64,000 nucleotides of DNA, taken from the NCBI RefSeq assembly GCF_036321535.1, contig NC_087436.1, positions 24,430,001-24,494,000 on the forward strand. Direction: 5' to 3'. Position 1 is the first letter of the stretch; each line of letters opens with the position of its first letter. The translations under genes and the position numbers were made by a program. Positions 37,889 through 52,082 of the stretch are shown here, one piece after another. The notes under the pieces were generated by a model, which saw only the letters and a list, made by a program, of their open reading frames with translations, searched no databases and was not told the origin of the DNA. The DNA comes from Camelus dromedarius (lineage: Eukaryota).

Positions 37889-39025
37889 CTAATAACTTTT
37901 AAAGCTCTAAGATTATAGGTGGCTCAGAAATACTAAATTTAATGAAGAGAAGGTTCTTTTTTTTCTTGGATTTCTTTACACCATGTGAGTGAATATGTCT
38001 TAAGGTCATTATGTAAAGGGGAGGTTAATTTCTTTTAGCCAATCTTTGTGTTAAATTGGAACTTGAGGCCATATTTATATATTGGATAAGATTATGATAT
38101 AATTTAATAATTTAGGCTCATTTCTAATATATATAGCTTATTATAGGAAAATGAATATCTATAGGAAAAATGAATGTTAGTTAATAGTTATGCAGAAATG
38201 TTGTGTAATATGATCTGGGTTTTGTTTTTTTTTTTTAAGATTTTCAGTTTAAAATATTCTGTCTTAAGTATACTTGCCTTGACTTTTTTTCCTTTTTTTT
38301 ATTGAAAAAGTGGAGAATGTAAAAATAGGGTAATTAGAAATTTTGTTCTGTTTTAATGCAATTATTGAATGCAAGGGGAAAATTTTTCTGGATATTTCGC
38401 AGAAGTATTTTCACGGACAGAACAAATCTGTCTAGTTTGCAAAGTTCATGAAATCTGAACTTGAAAATCTTTTTTCTAATTTACTGTAAGTTGGAATATC
38501 TAGTATCAATCTTGAAAAGATCATCAGTTTGAAAAAAATTAGCAGGATGTGAAAAGGTGAAGCATGTGTTGAAATAAAACTGGAAGAACAGCAGTAATTT
38601 TTTAAAAAAACTATTTTAAAATGTGTTTAAGAAATTGCTCTTCAAAATTTATTGCAGCATTAGTACTAAAATTCATGTGAAAATTGATTTAAAGAGTAAC
38701 ATCAGTATGTAATTAGTCATTCAGGATAATTAAACATCAGTTTCCTTTAGAGACAAAGTTAGTTAGGGGCAGGCAGGAGACTGTTCTTAATAATTATTTA
38801 AACTTTTTGTGTTATAGCATAAATGTTCAAAGGGATGCAAAGAAATATTTATGAAAAGCTTAAAAAAATCTTTGTAAGTAAGTGGGCAAATTACTGTTGT
38901 ACATACCAAAATGGATCATAATTTTTCATCTACACACTGATGTTTATGTTTAGAAGCTGAAACTTAGAGAAAAATGAGGATAGAATTTGGGTTTATTATT
39001 TACACTTGATAGTAAATTACAGCTG

Positions 39026-39752
39026 CAGTTCTTAAAAACTAAAATCTCTGATATGGAGGATTCTGGGAGTGCCCAAGACCCTTTCAGGGGATCTGGGAAA
39101 TCAAAATTTTTTTCATAGCAACACTAAGACATTATTTGCCTTTTCATTTTCTCAAGTGTTCAGAGGAGGTTTCTAGTGACTGCATGAATTGATATGTAAC
39201 AGATTGAATGAAGAAGCAAGTATGAGAACCTAACTGTTTTTTACCATGTGTTTGCAAAAAAATGTAAAGCTACTGTTTAAATTTTTCTTCGTTTTAGAAA
39301 AGTTATTTTTCTTAAAAATATTAGTTTTCTTAGTTTTAATTGCAAATAGGATAAATATCTTAACATAGGACTTAAATAAGCAAAATCTCTTTGTGATCTT
39401 CAATAATTTGAGTGTAAAAGGGTCTTTCACCAAAAAAGTTTGAGAATAGCTGAATTAGTTTAAATTAATCTATACTTTTCAGAACCATAGTCACTAGCCA
39501 CATGTGACAGTTAAGTACTTGAAATGTAGCTGATAAACTGAATTTTTAATTTTTAAAACATTTAATTAATTTAAATGTAAAAACTGAAGCAGTGAAAAAC
39601 TTAATGTTGTTTACATGTTGAAATGACAGTGTTTGGGATATACTGGGTTAAGTGAAAGGTACTAACTTCATCTTCTGCTTACTTTTCCTAATGTGACTAC
39701 TGGAAATTAAAAAACTATATATGGCTCTTGATGTATTTTTATTTAACAGCTC
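39026..39752. mobile_element. Adjacent hAT-Charlie remnant (~39026-39452) and MER33/MER3-like element (~39470-39752)
   Basis: ccaagaccctttcagggg...aaaaagtttgagaa; actagccacatgtgacagttaagtacttgaaatgtagct. Confidence 0.7.
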
Positions 39753-42700
39753 TACTTAAAATAATTTTATACTCTTTCCCTTTTTAAACCCTATAAAGCA
39801 GCTTTATTGATTAGAAAGTCAAAGGGGAACAAGTAAAGATGGAGTGTCCTAGACCTTTCCCCCTTTTCATTGTGTTCATTTGTGTTCTTCGCTCACCTAT
39901 TACTGTTACAGCCTTGGGGCATTAGAGGATAAGCTGTGGTGAGTCAGGTGCGGTAGCTGAGTGATGCCCTTGTAATATTAGTTTATGGTCTTGCTTGCAG
40001 GGGAATACCACTATCACCTAATGAAGTGTTTTCTGATTTTTTTCCATTGCTCTCAAATTAAATTGCTATTAATTTTTATTTTTGACTTTTAAGAACATTG
40101 TTATGAACTAGGTCCATTGCCAGCATTCTCTTCTGCAAAGCTGAGAGGTATGTCTCTTGACAGACTTAATTACCAAGTTTGGTATTTAGTAACAGCTGTT
40201 GAGTGAGTCTGGAATAGTCTACTATACAAACATCAGTTGATTAGAAAGCTGGAAATGGAACAAGAAGACTCTTATAAAAGTAAAGGAAGGCATAGGCAAA
40301 TTTAGTTTTCTGACACTGATTAAAATCAAAATAGTTTAGAAATTTATTTCTTCAAGGCGTACTGACCAGCCAACTGCTCTAGAAGATGACACCTGTCAGA
40401 TTACTTTCAACTTCATTGTTTCTAATTTTAAACTGAGTTGCTTTTTAATCCCCCTCCAATAAGTTTCCTACGCAGGCATAGAAAGACACCAGTAAATCAA
40501 GTTTTAAGTAGAGTTAAGGAATTTTCAGCCCTTGCTTGCTTTGATTGCACAACACTGTTAAATTCTTACTCTTTAGTTGTGCAAAATTTGGTATTAATTG
40601 TATTTGAATTATTGATCTGAACAAAATAGTTTGAAAAGTTTTTAAAAATCACGTAAACTCGGAAGGGAGAAATATTTCTTAAATTCCTTTTAACAAAAAC
40701 TGCTTGATGGCTTATGTTAACAAAAGTAACAGGAGATAGTGCTCACTTTTAAGAAAACGGGTGAAGTATTCTTGGGAACTGTCGTAAGTACATTATTATA
40801 AATTGATCTAAGTGTGAGCTCTCAGGTATTCATTTTTTGAAAAAATATGCTTGGAGTTATTTTAGTTAGTAAATAAAATTGACAAAAAGTAAAGTTATTA
40901 AGCATCAAAAAAAAAAAAGAAGGAAACAAATGCTCTCCTTAACAAGCTCTTAATTTAGAGTAACTTTAAATTATTTTGCCATCTTTATTTGGTTTTGAAA
41001 TATTTTATTTCCATTTATGTTTTGATACTCTGTACTATTAGTGTAAACTTCACAAGGCCAGAGATCTATTCAAATTTGTATCTCAGGTTTATAGCACAGC
41101 GTCTGGCATATGGTAAATCCTCAACAAGCATTTGTTGATTGTACATAGAGTATTATTGGATTGATAATGCATAGAGAATTTATGCATTTTTTATACTCTC
41201 TAAATTTAAAGTATAAGTAATTAAATATTCTTCTTAAATTTGTATGTATTTTGTTTTACTCCGTAAATGTGAAATATTTTAGGAAAATATTTTGAATTTA
41301 AGGGAAAAGGGGAGGCTGATGTCAGAAATATAAGCAAGAAAATTTTCACTGACATGACCAACATGAAATTGTGGTTTTGAAAATGTACCTCAAACTACAT
41401 AAGAACTAACGGCAGTATAATATGTAACTCTGGCAAATTTTGTTTTATGACTTGAAACATTAAAAAAAGTAGTAAAATCTTATTGCTGTATTATTATCAA
41501 ATACCCAAATCACTGATTTTAATATGGTAGAATTTTTAGGATGTGTCTTAATAAAATTACATAATGAATTACTTTACCCCAGATGGTTTATTAATAGCAC
41601 CTAAGACAACAGCTAAATTGCAATACAGGCAGACTTCAAAGAGAATGAAGTTCCTAAAAACCTGAGAATCTGCTTCCCAAGGTTCTTTAGTGCATATGGG
41701 TATTGTAGGGAGGTACTTTGGAAAAAAATACTTGAGAATGGTAATATATTTTATACTTACTAAGAGTAAATTTCTTAAAGTTGAGTTCGAAGGACTGATT
41801 GAATCCTTTGCTTTAGTGAAGCTGCAGATAAGAGTAAGCAGGGTCACCTAAAGATAGATTTACTTAGAGGTTTGGCTGCCTCTCTGGAACTGTTTAGCTT
41901 TGAGCAGATTTCCATAAATGGAAAGAGCAACTGGAGAGACTTGGTACCTTGGTTGAGAGTGTGGATGATGTGCAACAGGTGGTAAAACAGTCACTGGATT
42001 TTTTTATAAATGCTCTCCAAATGACTGGTGTGTTTAAAGCTGAGGCTTTAGCAGTTGGTGAATTTTGAGACTGAGTAAAAAAATTTTTTTTCAATTAAAT
42101 GGTTACTAGAAACAGTTTTAAAAGATACCTATCTTTAAAGTGTGGAACTTGTGGATTTGTAATGTGGTTTTATGAAATTTGTACAAATACTTCCTTTTAG
42201 TTCCATTAGAGGACATCTTGAGAAAAATCTATCATGTTAGAAACTGTTACATATTCATGTTTCAGAATCTCTTACCAAGTAGAATATTCGGTATTGTAAG
42301 TCAGGATATGAAATTAGTGTATCATTAGTATATCATTAGGGTGCTTGAATTGCCACTTTTTCTATAAAGTCAGTGGATTGTCCTTTACTTCAGTGCATAA
42401 GAGAAATACTTGGATGCCTACTATATGAAAAGTCTATGTTAGGAATTGTAACATGTATCAATGAATTAAGATAACCCTCCCTCATCTCAAGGAGCTTATA
42501 ATTTTATAGGAGTGATAAGAAATTATCACCATTTATTGAAATTCTTATCTATATATCAGGCATTGTTTAAGGTTTTTAAGGGAATCACTGCACTTAATTC
42601 TCACAACTGTATAAGGTAAGTAATACTCCTGTTTGGTGAAAAAGGAAACTAAGCCTTACAAGAAATTAATTTGCTGGCTTAGGGTAACAGAACTTATAAG

Positions 42701-43494
42701 TGGCAGGGGCAGGGACTGGAGCCCAAGCTATTGATTAGGCCTGGACACCCAGACCACTGCTGCATACTTTACTGTTTCACAAATAATTTAATCAACAGAG
42801 TGCTAGAAGAGAGTTGCAGAAGGTAGTAGAATTAGCAAAGATTTCATGGTGGGGGGAGGTGGGAACTGTAGGAACGCGCACTCTCTTTTTCTTCCCCCCA
42901 CTTTTTAAATTTCCTAGGATAAAACCTAGGTAAAATCTAGTGAGATCCTGAAGAAAGCAGGCTATTGTGAAGAAAATTCCTAAGTTTCTCTGGTACTAAA
43001 GATGCACTCACCCAGGACAGTCTAAGAATTGAACTAATTCGTTAAATGAATTTAGTAATATGTGTTTCTGACTGATTCTGCTAGGTATTAAACCCCTGAT
43101 TTTAGTAGCAGTATATCAGAATTGTAATTGACCAGATAGGATTGTTAATCTACAACCATCCCTCCCTGCCCTGCTGCCTCCCCCAAGTTAGTTTTGGCCT
43201 AAAATTGATACAGGGTTCAAATTTCAAGGGTTTGTCTTTGTTTTCCTTTGGATAAAGAAATTTCTAATCAATCTCAATAGATGGTTTATATTCAGCATTC
43301 ATATAGATACTAAATTGTTTTGGTTTTAAAATTATTTCCGTAAATAAGTTATATAGACTAATACATATCAATGACTTTATATTAGAGTTATTCATGTGAG
43401 AGTTAATTTATATTTATCTCGTACACCATAATGTGTTTTAATTTAGTAATGTGTTCAGTGCATTTTTATTGAATAGAACTAAATTCCCTTGCAG

Positions 43495-43608
43495 TGGAAG
43501 CATCAGTTCATAGCAGTAATGCACACTGTACAGATAAGACAATTGAAGCTGCTGAAGCCCTGCTTCATATGGAATCTCCTACCTGCTTGAGAGATTCAAG
43601 AAGTCCTG
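43495..43608 (+). CDS. ELF2: ELF2 shared coding exon (VEASVHSSNAHCTDKTIEAAEALLHMESPTCLRDSRSP)
   Basis: ttcccttgcag acceptor, CTG|gtatgt donor, 114 nt, phase 1-1; contains the ELF-family TIEAAEALLHMESP motif. Confidence 0.96.
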
Positions 43609-45006
43609 GTATGTGAACTGTTCTTTTTTATAATAAACACATCACATCACTTCAGGTATCTCGAATGAAAGTCTTAAAAAAAAAAAACCCAGGGGATTGT
43701 TGGTGTTCTCAAAGTCTATTATACATAAATACCTATGACAGGAATAATTGATCTTTATTTGTCCAAGTTCCCAAATCTTAAATAGTTTAATTACTCAATT
43801 TTCAAAATAAACGATACAGAAAATGCCCACTATAGATAGACAAATGTTTATTAAATTCCTATTTTTACTATCATGTCTTATTTCCTTACCCAGAGGGAAA
43901 TTGTAAATGTTTGTAGTCCTTAAGTGAATGGCAGATGGAGGCAGTTGCCACCTATGACCACTTTCAGGCCTTTTTTCAGGGATAAAATGGGCATTATCTC
44001 CAGGGAACCTCTGTGCTAGAGAGAGGAGGTGGCTTCCACTGTTTCCTCACACTCCTTCAGGCTGCACATTTCCCTTTTTAAAATTCTTTTGGTCCCCCCT
44101 TTTCAAGACTGCCTTTGAGTGTCATTTTGTTCTAATTTTAATTTGTCTTAATTTTAATGTCCAAATGTTACAGTAAGATTGACCCTTATTTTAGGGATTT
44201 ACAGTAAATACTAAGATCAGCCATACTTTTTAGAGTAGGAATTCCATGTATTTATTCGGGGATATGAGAAGAAAATTAGGGCATATTGGTCAATGTATTA
44301 ATGTATGATAGTATGTATTAATTTTCTCTTGATTGAAAAAGAAATGTCATATCCTGATTTATCATGCACATGAGAAGAAAGCCAGAGCAAGAGCAGTGTT
44401 ACTGCATACAAGAATACTAAATAGCCATCTGTATGTACTGTTTTAGTGACCCAAAATATCAGGACTGTTCCATTAAATAGAATTTAACATTTTGAAAGAT
44501 GGTATTCATTGGGCTGTAATGAGCAAGTTTTCTTTTTCTTTATATTTTAAAATGAACTAAGTTCTTACTTTTCACTGAAAACATGTTAATTATTTCAATG
44601 TTATACCAGGTGCATGTTTTACCTGCTTAGAGAATAATGATGAGTACATGGAAGGAAAATAATTAACTCACTATTATACTATTACTTTATTTTCAAATGT
44701 TTTCTCAATTGTCAAATAATTCAAAATCTACAGTTTGAAAGCATGTAAAAGTGTGAAGCACGGGGGTTGACTACTCACGTTCCTCCCCCCTTACCCATAG
44801 GATTAACATTTGCTTCAGATTGACTTTCTTTGCATTTATTTCCTTACATACTTTAGATCATAATGTATATTCAGCAAATGAAATTCAAGTTCTTATCTTG
44901 CTTTGATGAATGCTTAATAACCTTACCTCTATTAAATATTGAATTGTCCATATTAAGAAGCATTGATGGGGGTGGGAAGTTTTAATTTTTCAACTTTTTT
45001 TTATAG

Positions 45007-45180
45007 TGGAAGTGTTTGTCCCTCCTTGTGTATCAACTCCAGAATTTATCCATGCTGCTATGAGGCCAGATGTCATTACAGAAACTGTAGTGGAGGTGTC
45101 AACTGAAGAATCTGAACCAATGGATACCTCTCCTATTCCTACATCACCAGATAGCCATGAACCAATGAAAAAGAAAAAAG
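45007..45180 (+). CDS. ELF2: ELF2 shared coding exon (VEVFVPPCVSTPEFIHAAMRPDV...EPMKKKK)
   Basis: Long polypyrimidine tract plus ttatag acceptor, AAG|gtagag donor, 174 nt, phase 1-1; internal alternative acceptor at 45043. Confidence 0.96.
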
Positions 45181-46454
45181 GTAGAGTGTATTTTAAATTT
45201 TTGGAAAATTAGGTGAAATTTTTCCTGGTATCTTTTTCCTCATCATGGAACATAGGAAATACATGCTGTAGATTTATGATTGATTTTATCTTAACTAGAT
45301 ATTCTAAAAAAATGAACAAACTGAGATTTTAGTTTTGTCTTTTAGCCTTTTAATGTGTCATACTGTTTAAAGGAGTTAGTATTTGAGCCCTAAAAGTAGT
45401 TGCCTGAAATGAGATTATAGCAGGTTTTCGAAACACAAAAGGAAGATCAGAGATTCACTGCACATTTTTCTACTTTCTGATCCTTTTAAGTACTTGGTTA
45501 CTTAAAAATATTATTCTTTATTTTCTCTATTTTTCATAACTTATCTTCCTACACATTGTGGGCATTAAAATAAGAGGCCCAATTTTGTTCCCCGTAACTT
45601 CTGCCTTAAAACACCAAGATTGCAGATGAGGACTTCTAAGTGGAATGAATTCACCATTGGGTAAAGAGTATTTCCACTTACTATTTCACTTCTGCTGAAA
45701 CTTCTGCTCACTTGATCCTAATGGGTGAGGCCCAAGGCTCCAGCCCATCTTCAGCATCCTGAGAAGATAGGCAATGTGGGTCCTTTTCCTGTTTGAATCA
45801 AAGGTAAAACTTGAAAGAAATTAAATCCTGTATAGATGGACACTCATCTAATTCCATTTCCTTCCCTATCTGTTTCTTCACATTTTAGAATGGGGGGAAA
45901 AAATTAAAGGCAAAAATAAGGGAAAACTTGTGTTTGGAAACAATGGTATTTTCTTTCATTTATTAGCAGTGTTTCAGATTGGTCTGTGCTCATTGCTGTG
46001 AGGGATACAATGAAGAATAAGAGTGCCTTCCCTCTTGTAGTATAGATTATATGTATTTGAGAAAGGCATCAATGAGAGAATTTAGAAGGAAGCATTACTT
46101 CTTGCTGTAAAAATTTAAAAATAAAAGGCATACACTGCCCACTGTAGCCTTTGGCTGGTTGTATCTTATAGGAACTATTCAAAATAAGAAATTTTTAGAT
46201 TTAAATGATGAGGGAAAAGCCTGTGAACAGCTGAGATCATTTAGGGAACCAAGACCTCTAGATAACCAAGTTGATCTGCCTGTGTGGTGATATGATATAA
46301 ACCTGGAAATAATTTGCCAATTAATACTAATCTTATATGTTTGAAAATAGATGGTCTGAATGAATGACCATTGAAAAATTACATATAACACTATTAATTA
46401 TTTATTTGTGGTTAAGTACATTTGGAACATAGAAAGTTAGGTAGGTTATTTTTT

Positions 46455-46623
46455 AATTGTAGAACCTTTTAAAAAGTTTCTACAGCTTTTAATATACTAA
46501 TGTGCTTTGTGAATCTCCAAGAGAAGATAGCATGCTGTGTACTAAAAGTTAATTTGACTATAGAGCCCTTTTTCCTACTGATGAATAATCTATTTCTCAA
46601 GGAATATGATTTGGGAAATGCTG
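46455..46623. mobile_element. hAT-Charlie remnant (MER112/113-like)
   Basis: aatatactaatgtgctttgtgaatctccaagag...tttgggaaatgctg. Confidence 0.55.
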
Positions 46624-47771
46624 CTTTATAAGAAAATTAGCCTTTTGGGAATTAAGGAAGTTGGGCTTTTGTGCTTGAATTTAGGAGACAGTAAAGATAT
46701 TAGTCTTCCTACTGACTGATTCATACATATAAATACTATTTAAATTGATAAATTAGCTCTATGTCAATAAGGAGACCAGTGAACTTTCTATTTTAGTTTT
46801 TGCCAAAGCATACTTCTTATTGATTAGAATTAACCATAGTGAAATCCTAGAATATAATAGCTATCTGTGCTTTTTGAAAAATAAATTAAGGCACTTTAAT
46901 TTAGCTTAAGATAATCATTGCTAATGAAGAGTAAAGACATCAGAAATCCCAGCTGTATGACAATCACCAAATCAGTAATAATATATTTAATCTGAAAATA
47001 TGAAGTACTTGAATATTCCCAGTCTCTTTTTTTTTTGAGGCTTCCCCTCACCTGCTAGCATTCATCCATCAGTGCTAAGGATTGAATACAGTGTATTTCG
47101 GATTTATGCCTTCTTTACTACAGAGAAGCATAGCTCTTGCTTTTTTTGTTCATTGTGGATGCTAGTCTGTCTGAGAGCCTTATGGCAGAGGTGAGGAGAA
47201 ACAAACGGAAGGGCACATTTATTAGATGTATGAAGTAATTACCTGGAAGAATTGTTTACTCTTATAATGTACCTGCACATTGAGGTGAGGAAATTTATGC
47301 TTAAATCTGGTGAATTGATTGGCTCAGAGCAGTAGAGTATTTAAAATAATATTTTTTACTTTTCCTTATTTGAGCTCAAAGGGCTTCGCAGATTATCAGA
47401 TCCTCTTCAATAGGTAGGTAAAGCTTTTTCTAACAATTCTTTAGAACAGAAAACAAAAAACCTTGTACTACAATTTGTTTTCATTGCTACATTATTGGGA
47501 AAGAGGTTAGCAAATTGAGGCTCTCACCACCTAAATACAGGTCAGTAATACCTGACTTGCCGTATCGAGATTACTACCAACTAACTCATGTAATCTAAAA
47601 TTGCTGAAGTGCTTTTAATGCTCCTTTTAAAAGCAACTTTTGTATATACTGAGTATATTAATCTATAAATTAATGTCTAGTTTCATGAGTAATATGCTAT
47701 CAAAGCCTGCTATCATGCTTCTTTTATTTTTCCTATTTTCAATGTATGGTTTCAATATCTTATATTTTCAG

Positions 47772-47858
47772 TTGGCCGTAAACCAAAGACCCAGCAATCA
47801 CCAATTTCCAATGGGTCTCCTGAGTTAGGTATAAAGAAGAAACCCAGAGAAGGAAAAG
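47772..47858 (+). CDS. ELF2: ELF2 shared coding exon (VGRKPKTQQSPISNGSPELGIKKKPREGK; basic, NLS-like)
   Basis: ttttcag acceptor, AAG|gtaatt donor, 87 nt, phase 1-1. Confidence 0.95.
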
Positions 47859-47973
47859 GTAATTTGGGGAGGCTGTTTTAGAGGTGTGATTTTTTTTTTT
47901 TTCTGTCAGGTGACATTTTTGCTTTTGTAGGAAAACCATTTCTAGTACATGCACAGGTGAGAGTACTGTCTGT

Positions 47974-48173
47974 GGTAGTGATTCTTAATCTTAATCTTAA
48001 TTCTTAATTCTTAATCAGGACTGTATCAGCATCATGTGAGGAGCTTTTTCAGACTGTGCCCAGCCCCTACCCCACTGAGATTCTAAACTATGGGGAGTGG
48101 AGGAGGGCAGGCGTTTGAATTTGGAAAAGGTCCTAAGTGCAATCTGATGCACACCTGTATTAAAAGCCATTGT
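47974..48173. mobile_element. MER5-like hAT MITE with an internal (TCTTAA)n-like expansion
   Basis: agtgattcttaatc...tcagcatcatgtgaggagcttttt...tctgatgcacacc. Confidence 0.6.
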
Positions 48174-49042
48174 TCCAGAGGATGTGTGTATGTATAATAG
48201 TTCTCATCCTCATGTAGAGTCGCTTAGAATTTTAAAAGGTTTACAAAACTAAGACTTTCTGATACAAAATTTCTTAACTGACAAAACAATGCAGTAATTC
48301 AGTGCAAGGTGAATTTAATTTTCCAGTCAACAAAATTTCAGTCATGTCAGTAAGGATATCTGAACAAAATTTACTATATTTGCTTTAGAATTTGCATGTT
48401 CTCACTAAAAAGTAGCAATAATCCTCTTATGTTTTCTGCTCTCTTAATAAGTTGATTTTAAGTGATTTTAATAAAGGTTTTAGATGTGTTCTGATAACCA
48501 AAAAGTCATCATTTCCATGAATATTTCCAATATGAAGTTGGATACATTTTAGATTAATATTTTCAAATTTATTCCATATTCAGGTCTGATATATCTCATT
48601 TTAAATAATTAAAGCAAAAAATAAGTCTCTAGTAAAAAAATTAAACCTAGTAACCCTACCAAGAAATATAGTTAGACAAAAAAAAAATCGAGTAACAGTA
48701 AACTCTTATTTACTCAGGAATTGTTTATTCAAATAATTTGGGACACATTTAGGATAACTTTTATTTCCTTGTGTGTCTTTCATTGTCTTGCATTTCTGAC
48801 ACCTTAGATTTTATCTTCTAATTTATATGGAAAACTTTGAAACTTACATAATAGTACTAAATATTAGGAAATTAAACTGTAAATATACAATTATTATTGT
48901 TTTTAAAATTATTCCTATCATCAATGGTATCTCTTATATACAAAGACTTTAACATTGGAAAAAAATTTTGTGACAACCTATTTTTACCAATCAAAATCAC
49001 CTTTCATTAAATTTTCAATTGTGTATTAAACTTGAGACAAAA

Positions 49043-49136
49043 TTTTTTTTTTTTTTTACTGGAGGTACTGGAGATGGAACCCAGGACCTCATGCATGATA
49101 AGCATGGGCTCCATCACTGAGCTATACCCTCCCCCC
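49043..49136 (-). mobile_element. tRNA-derived SINE, short form (head plus poly-A)
   Basis: Reverse strand GGGGGGAGGGTATAGCTCAGTGATGG...GGTCCTGGGTTCCATCTCCAGTACCTCC plus poly-A; imperfect TSD gagacaaaatt/gaggcaaatt. Confidence 0.85.
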
Positions 49137-50459
49137 GAGGCAAATTGTTGTAATATGAAGATTAAAGTTATTATAGTCACACTGGGATTAAAAATCCTGC
49201 CACTGTTTCCTCTTCTGCAATTATGATCATAATGTCTTCATAGACTTAATGAACTACTTTGTCTGATGAAGAAGGCTTCGCTTTCTGAATTCTGTTTTAC
49301 TTAAAACCAGAAATTGAATTACTAATTTTAACTTGGGAATGGGACTGGGGTGAAGCATTTAATGATAACTTGAGGAATGCTGATGAGTCTCATTAATTCA
49401 GCAGACACAGAAGCATTCAAATCCCTACAGTGTACAAGGCACTGTCTGTTTTGTACAAAAATTTCTTCCAGAATAAGTTCTCTGCTCACTTTTACCCTGT
49501 CCAGTTTATAGGGCCTGATAATCTCCAGGTCATAAACAAAATAATAATGCCCTAGCTGCACAGCTTGATGTAGTTGTAGTTGAAAATTATGCATGGTTTA
49601 ATAGTGAGAGTTTGTAGGTATTGATGCTGATATACTTGGGCTTCAGAAATAAAAGTGTAACAATGTAAAGTTGGAGGTTAATCTTTTTAGGTCAGGAGAT
49701 GCACACTTGGGTGCAACTGTGGGTTAATAGATTTATTGAATTTTGAGGGAAATCTAGTATGAAAATGAAATGCTGGAGGAAGAACGTCAGCATTTCAATT
49801 GAGTAGCAGGAGTGGCTTGATTTGGAAGCCCTGTCACCCTCAGGGCTCTTCTCAAGTAGCCTGTGACTTGGAGCTGGATGTGAGGATAGTTAAGGGGCAG
49901 TGCATCTATCCTGTCTCCCTAGGAGATGGCCTGGTGGCTCAGTGGAGGCATATGTATTGTAATCTTCTCAGGACTCTCTTCTTTTCTTTCATCAATTTAA
50001 GAACCTTTGCACCTAGAGGTTTATGAATGGAATGAGAGAAAAACAGCAGCCTGAAAAGCCTGATCTACTCTTCTGTCTCCTCCCTTCCCCTCCTGAAGAA
50101 AAGCGATGCTCTTATTTTGCCTACCCGGATTCCCTCCTTTTCTTCTATGCAAATCTTAGCCGTCTTCTGACTTAATGATCCTCCTTACCAATCCACCTTA
50201 TTTTCACCCCTGAAATCCCAGATATTATTTTCTGTCATTCATCTGGAACATAATTATGCATGGTCTTGTGATACAGCTTATAGTTTCAACTGTTACTTAT
50301 TTCTTGTATTGTTATTTACTGGACAATTTCAAATGAGTGCTGATAGAGTCAAGTATTTAATGATAGACTCTCAGTACATTTGTGCTTTACCAGTAGTAAA
50401 TGATTTTTTTATCCAGCATAAGAAAATATTTGCTTTTAATTATGCTGATGAATTTTTAA

Positions 50460-50678
<219 letters not shown>

Positions 50679-51160
50679 TAAGAACATTGTCTATTAACTG
50701 TTTTAAAGAGAAGCTCTAAAAATCCCTTACTTACAACTTTTATTTTGGGGCGATTTTCTGTAGGAGCTTTTTGGATTTGGAGGCTGTTGGGGAGAGAGGA
50801 CTTTGGTCTGATGTCTAAAATTTCAACACTTTTGGAAAGTCCCATTTTTGTAGAAAATGTGCATCTTTAAGAAAATTATACCCAAATAAACTACAGTTTC
50901 CAAATTGTGAATTTGCTCTTTAGTTCCTGCAAATTTGTTACAATGGATTTACCTTGATATGAAAATTTATCCTCAGTTGTCAGTTTGAGAAACTATATAA
51001 CTTTGTAATGTACATGGCTTCTTCTAATTGAGGGTATTTGTAAATGACCCACAAATTCATTTCTACTAAGCACAACTTAGGTAATTTTTCCACGTAATAC
51101 CAGATTGTTTTTCTGACGTATGTAAATCAGAACTGAACTTTCACCAGTGTCTGTAAAATA

Positions 51161-51464
51161 TAGTTGTTCCCTCAGTATCTGAGGGGGATTGATTCCAGGA
51201 CACCCACGGATACCAAAATCCATGGATGTTCAAATCCCTTATATGAAGTATTTGCTTTTGACCCACTTATATCCCCATATACTTTAAGTCATCTCTAGAT
51301 TACATGTAATACCTAACACAAGGTAAATGCCATTTAGAGTGGCCAGCACATGGCGAATTCAAGTTTTGCTATTTGGAACTTCTCTGGAATCTTTTCCCAA
51401 GTATTTTCAATCCACAGTTGGTAAATCCATGGATGTGGAAGCTGTGGATATGGAGGGCCAACTC
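51161..51464. mobile_element. MER2-like Tigger MITE
   Basis: agttgttccctcagtatc...ggataccaaaatccatggatg...ggatatggagggccaact; TA on both flanks. Confidence 0.88.
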
Positions 51465-51731
51465 TACAGTAAAATAATTCTGTATTTAGGTTAAATTATT
51501 TCCTTTAAGGAAAAAAATGAGCTTTTAGCTACATTACAGATCTCAAAGTTATAGGACTTACGGCACCAGGTTCCAATTTCAGCCTTTTGAACAATCCAGG
51601 CAGTAAGAGCTCTTCCGTGTCTCTTTTTGGAATAAGTGAATGTTTCTGTTAATATCCATTCTACATGGTGTTTTTTGTTTTGAGGGGACAAATGTAATAT
51701 ACTTGATTTATTTAGTACTTTTTCCTTACAG

Positions 51732-52082
51732 ATATTATTACCAAAGGGGTATTCTTGCAAAGGTTGAAGGACAGAGGCTTGTATATCAGTTCAAGGATAT
51801 GCCCAAAAACATAGTGGTCATAGATGATGACAAAACTGAAACCTGTAACGAAGATTTAGCATCAGCTACTGATGAAAAATCATTAGAACGAGTATCACTG
51901 TCTGCTGAAAGTCTTTTGAAGGCAGCCACTTCTGTTCGTGGTGGGAAAAACTCGTCTCCTCTAAACTGCTCCAGAGCAGAGAAGGGAGTAGCTAGAGTTG
52001 TGAACATCACTTCCCCTGGTCATGATGCTTCGTCCAGGTCTCCTCCTACTACCGCATCTGTATCAGCAACTGCAGCTCCAAG
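51732..52082 (+). CDS. ELF2: ELF2 exon with end of ETS domain ([21 protein letters not shown]...SATAAPR)
   Basis: tccttacag acceptor, AG|gtaggt donor; 351 nt, phase 2-2. Confidence 0.97.

Noticed and set aside
41890..41985. Purine-rich segment that looks like a cassette exon
   Set aside because: Weak donor (CAG|gtggta) and no clear polypyrimidine tract
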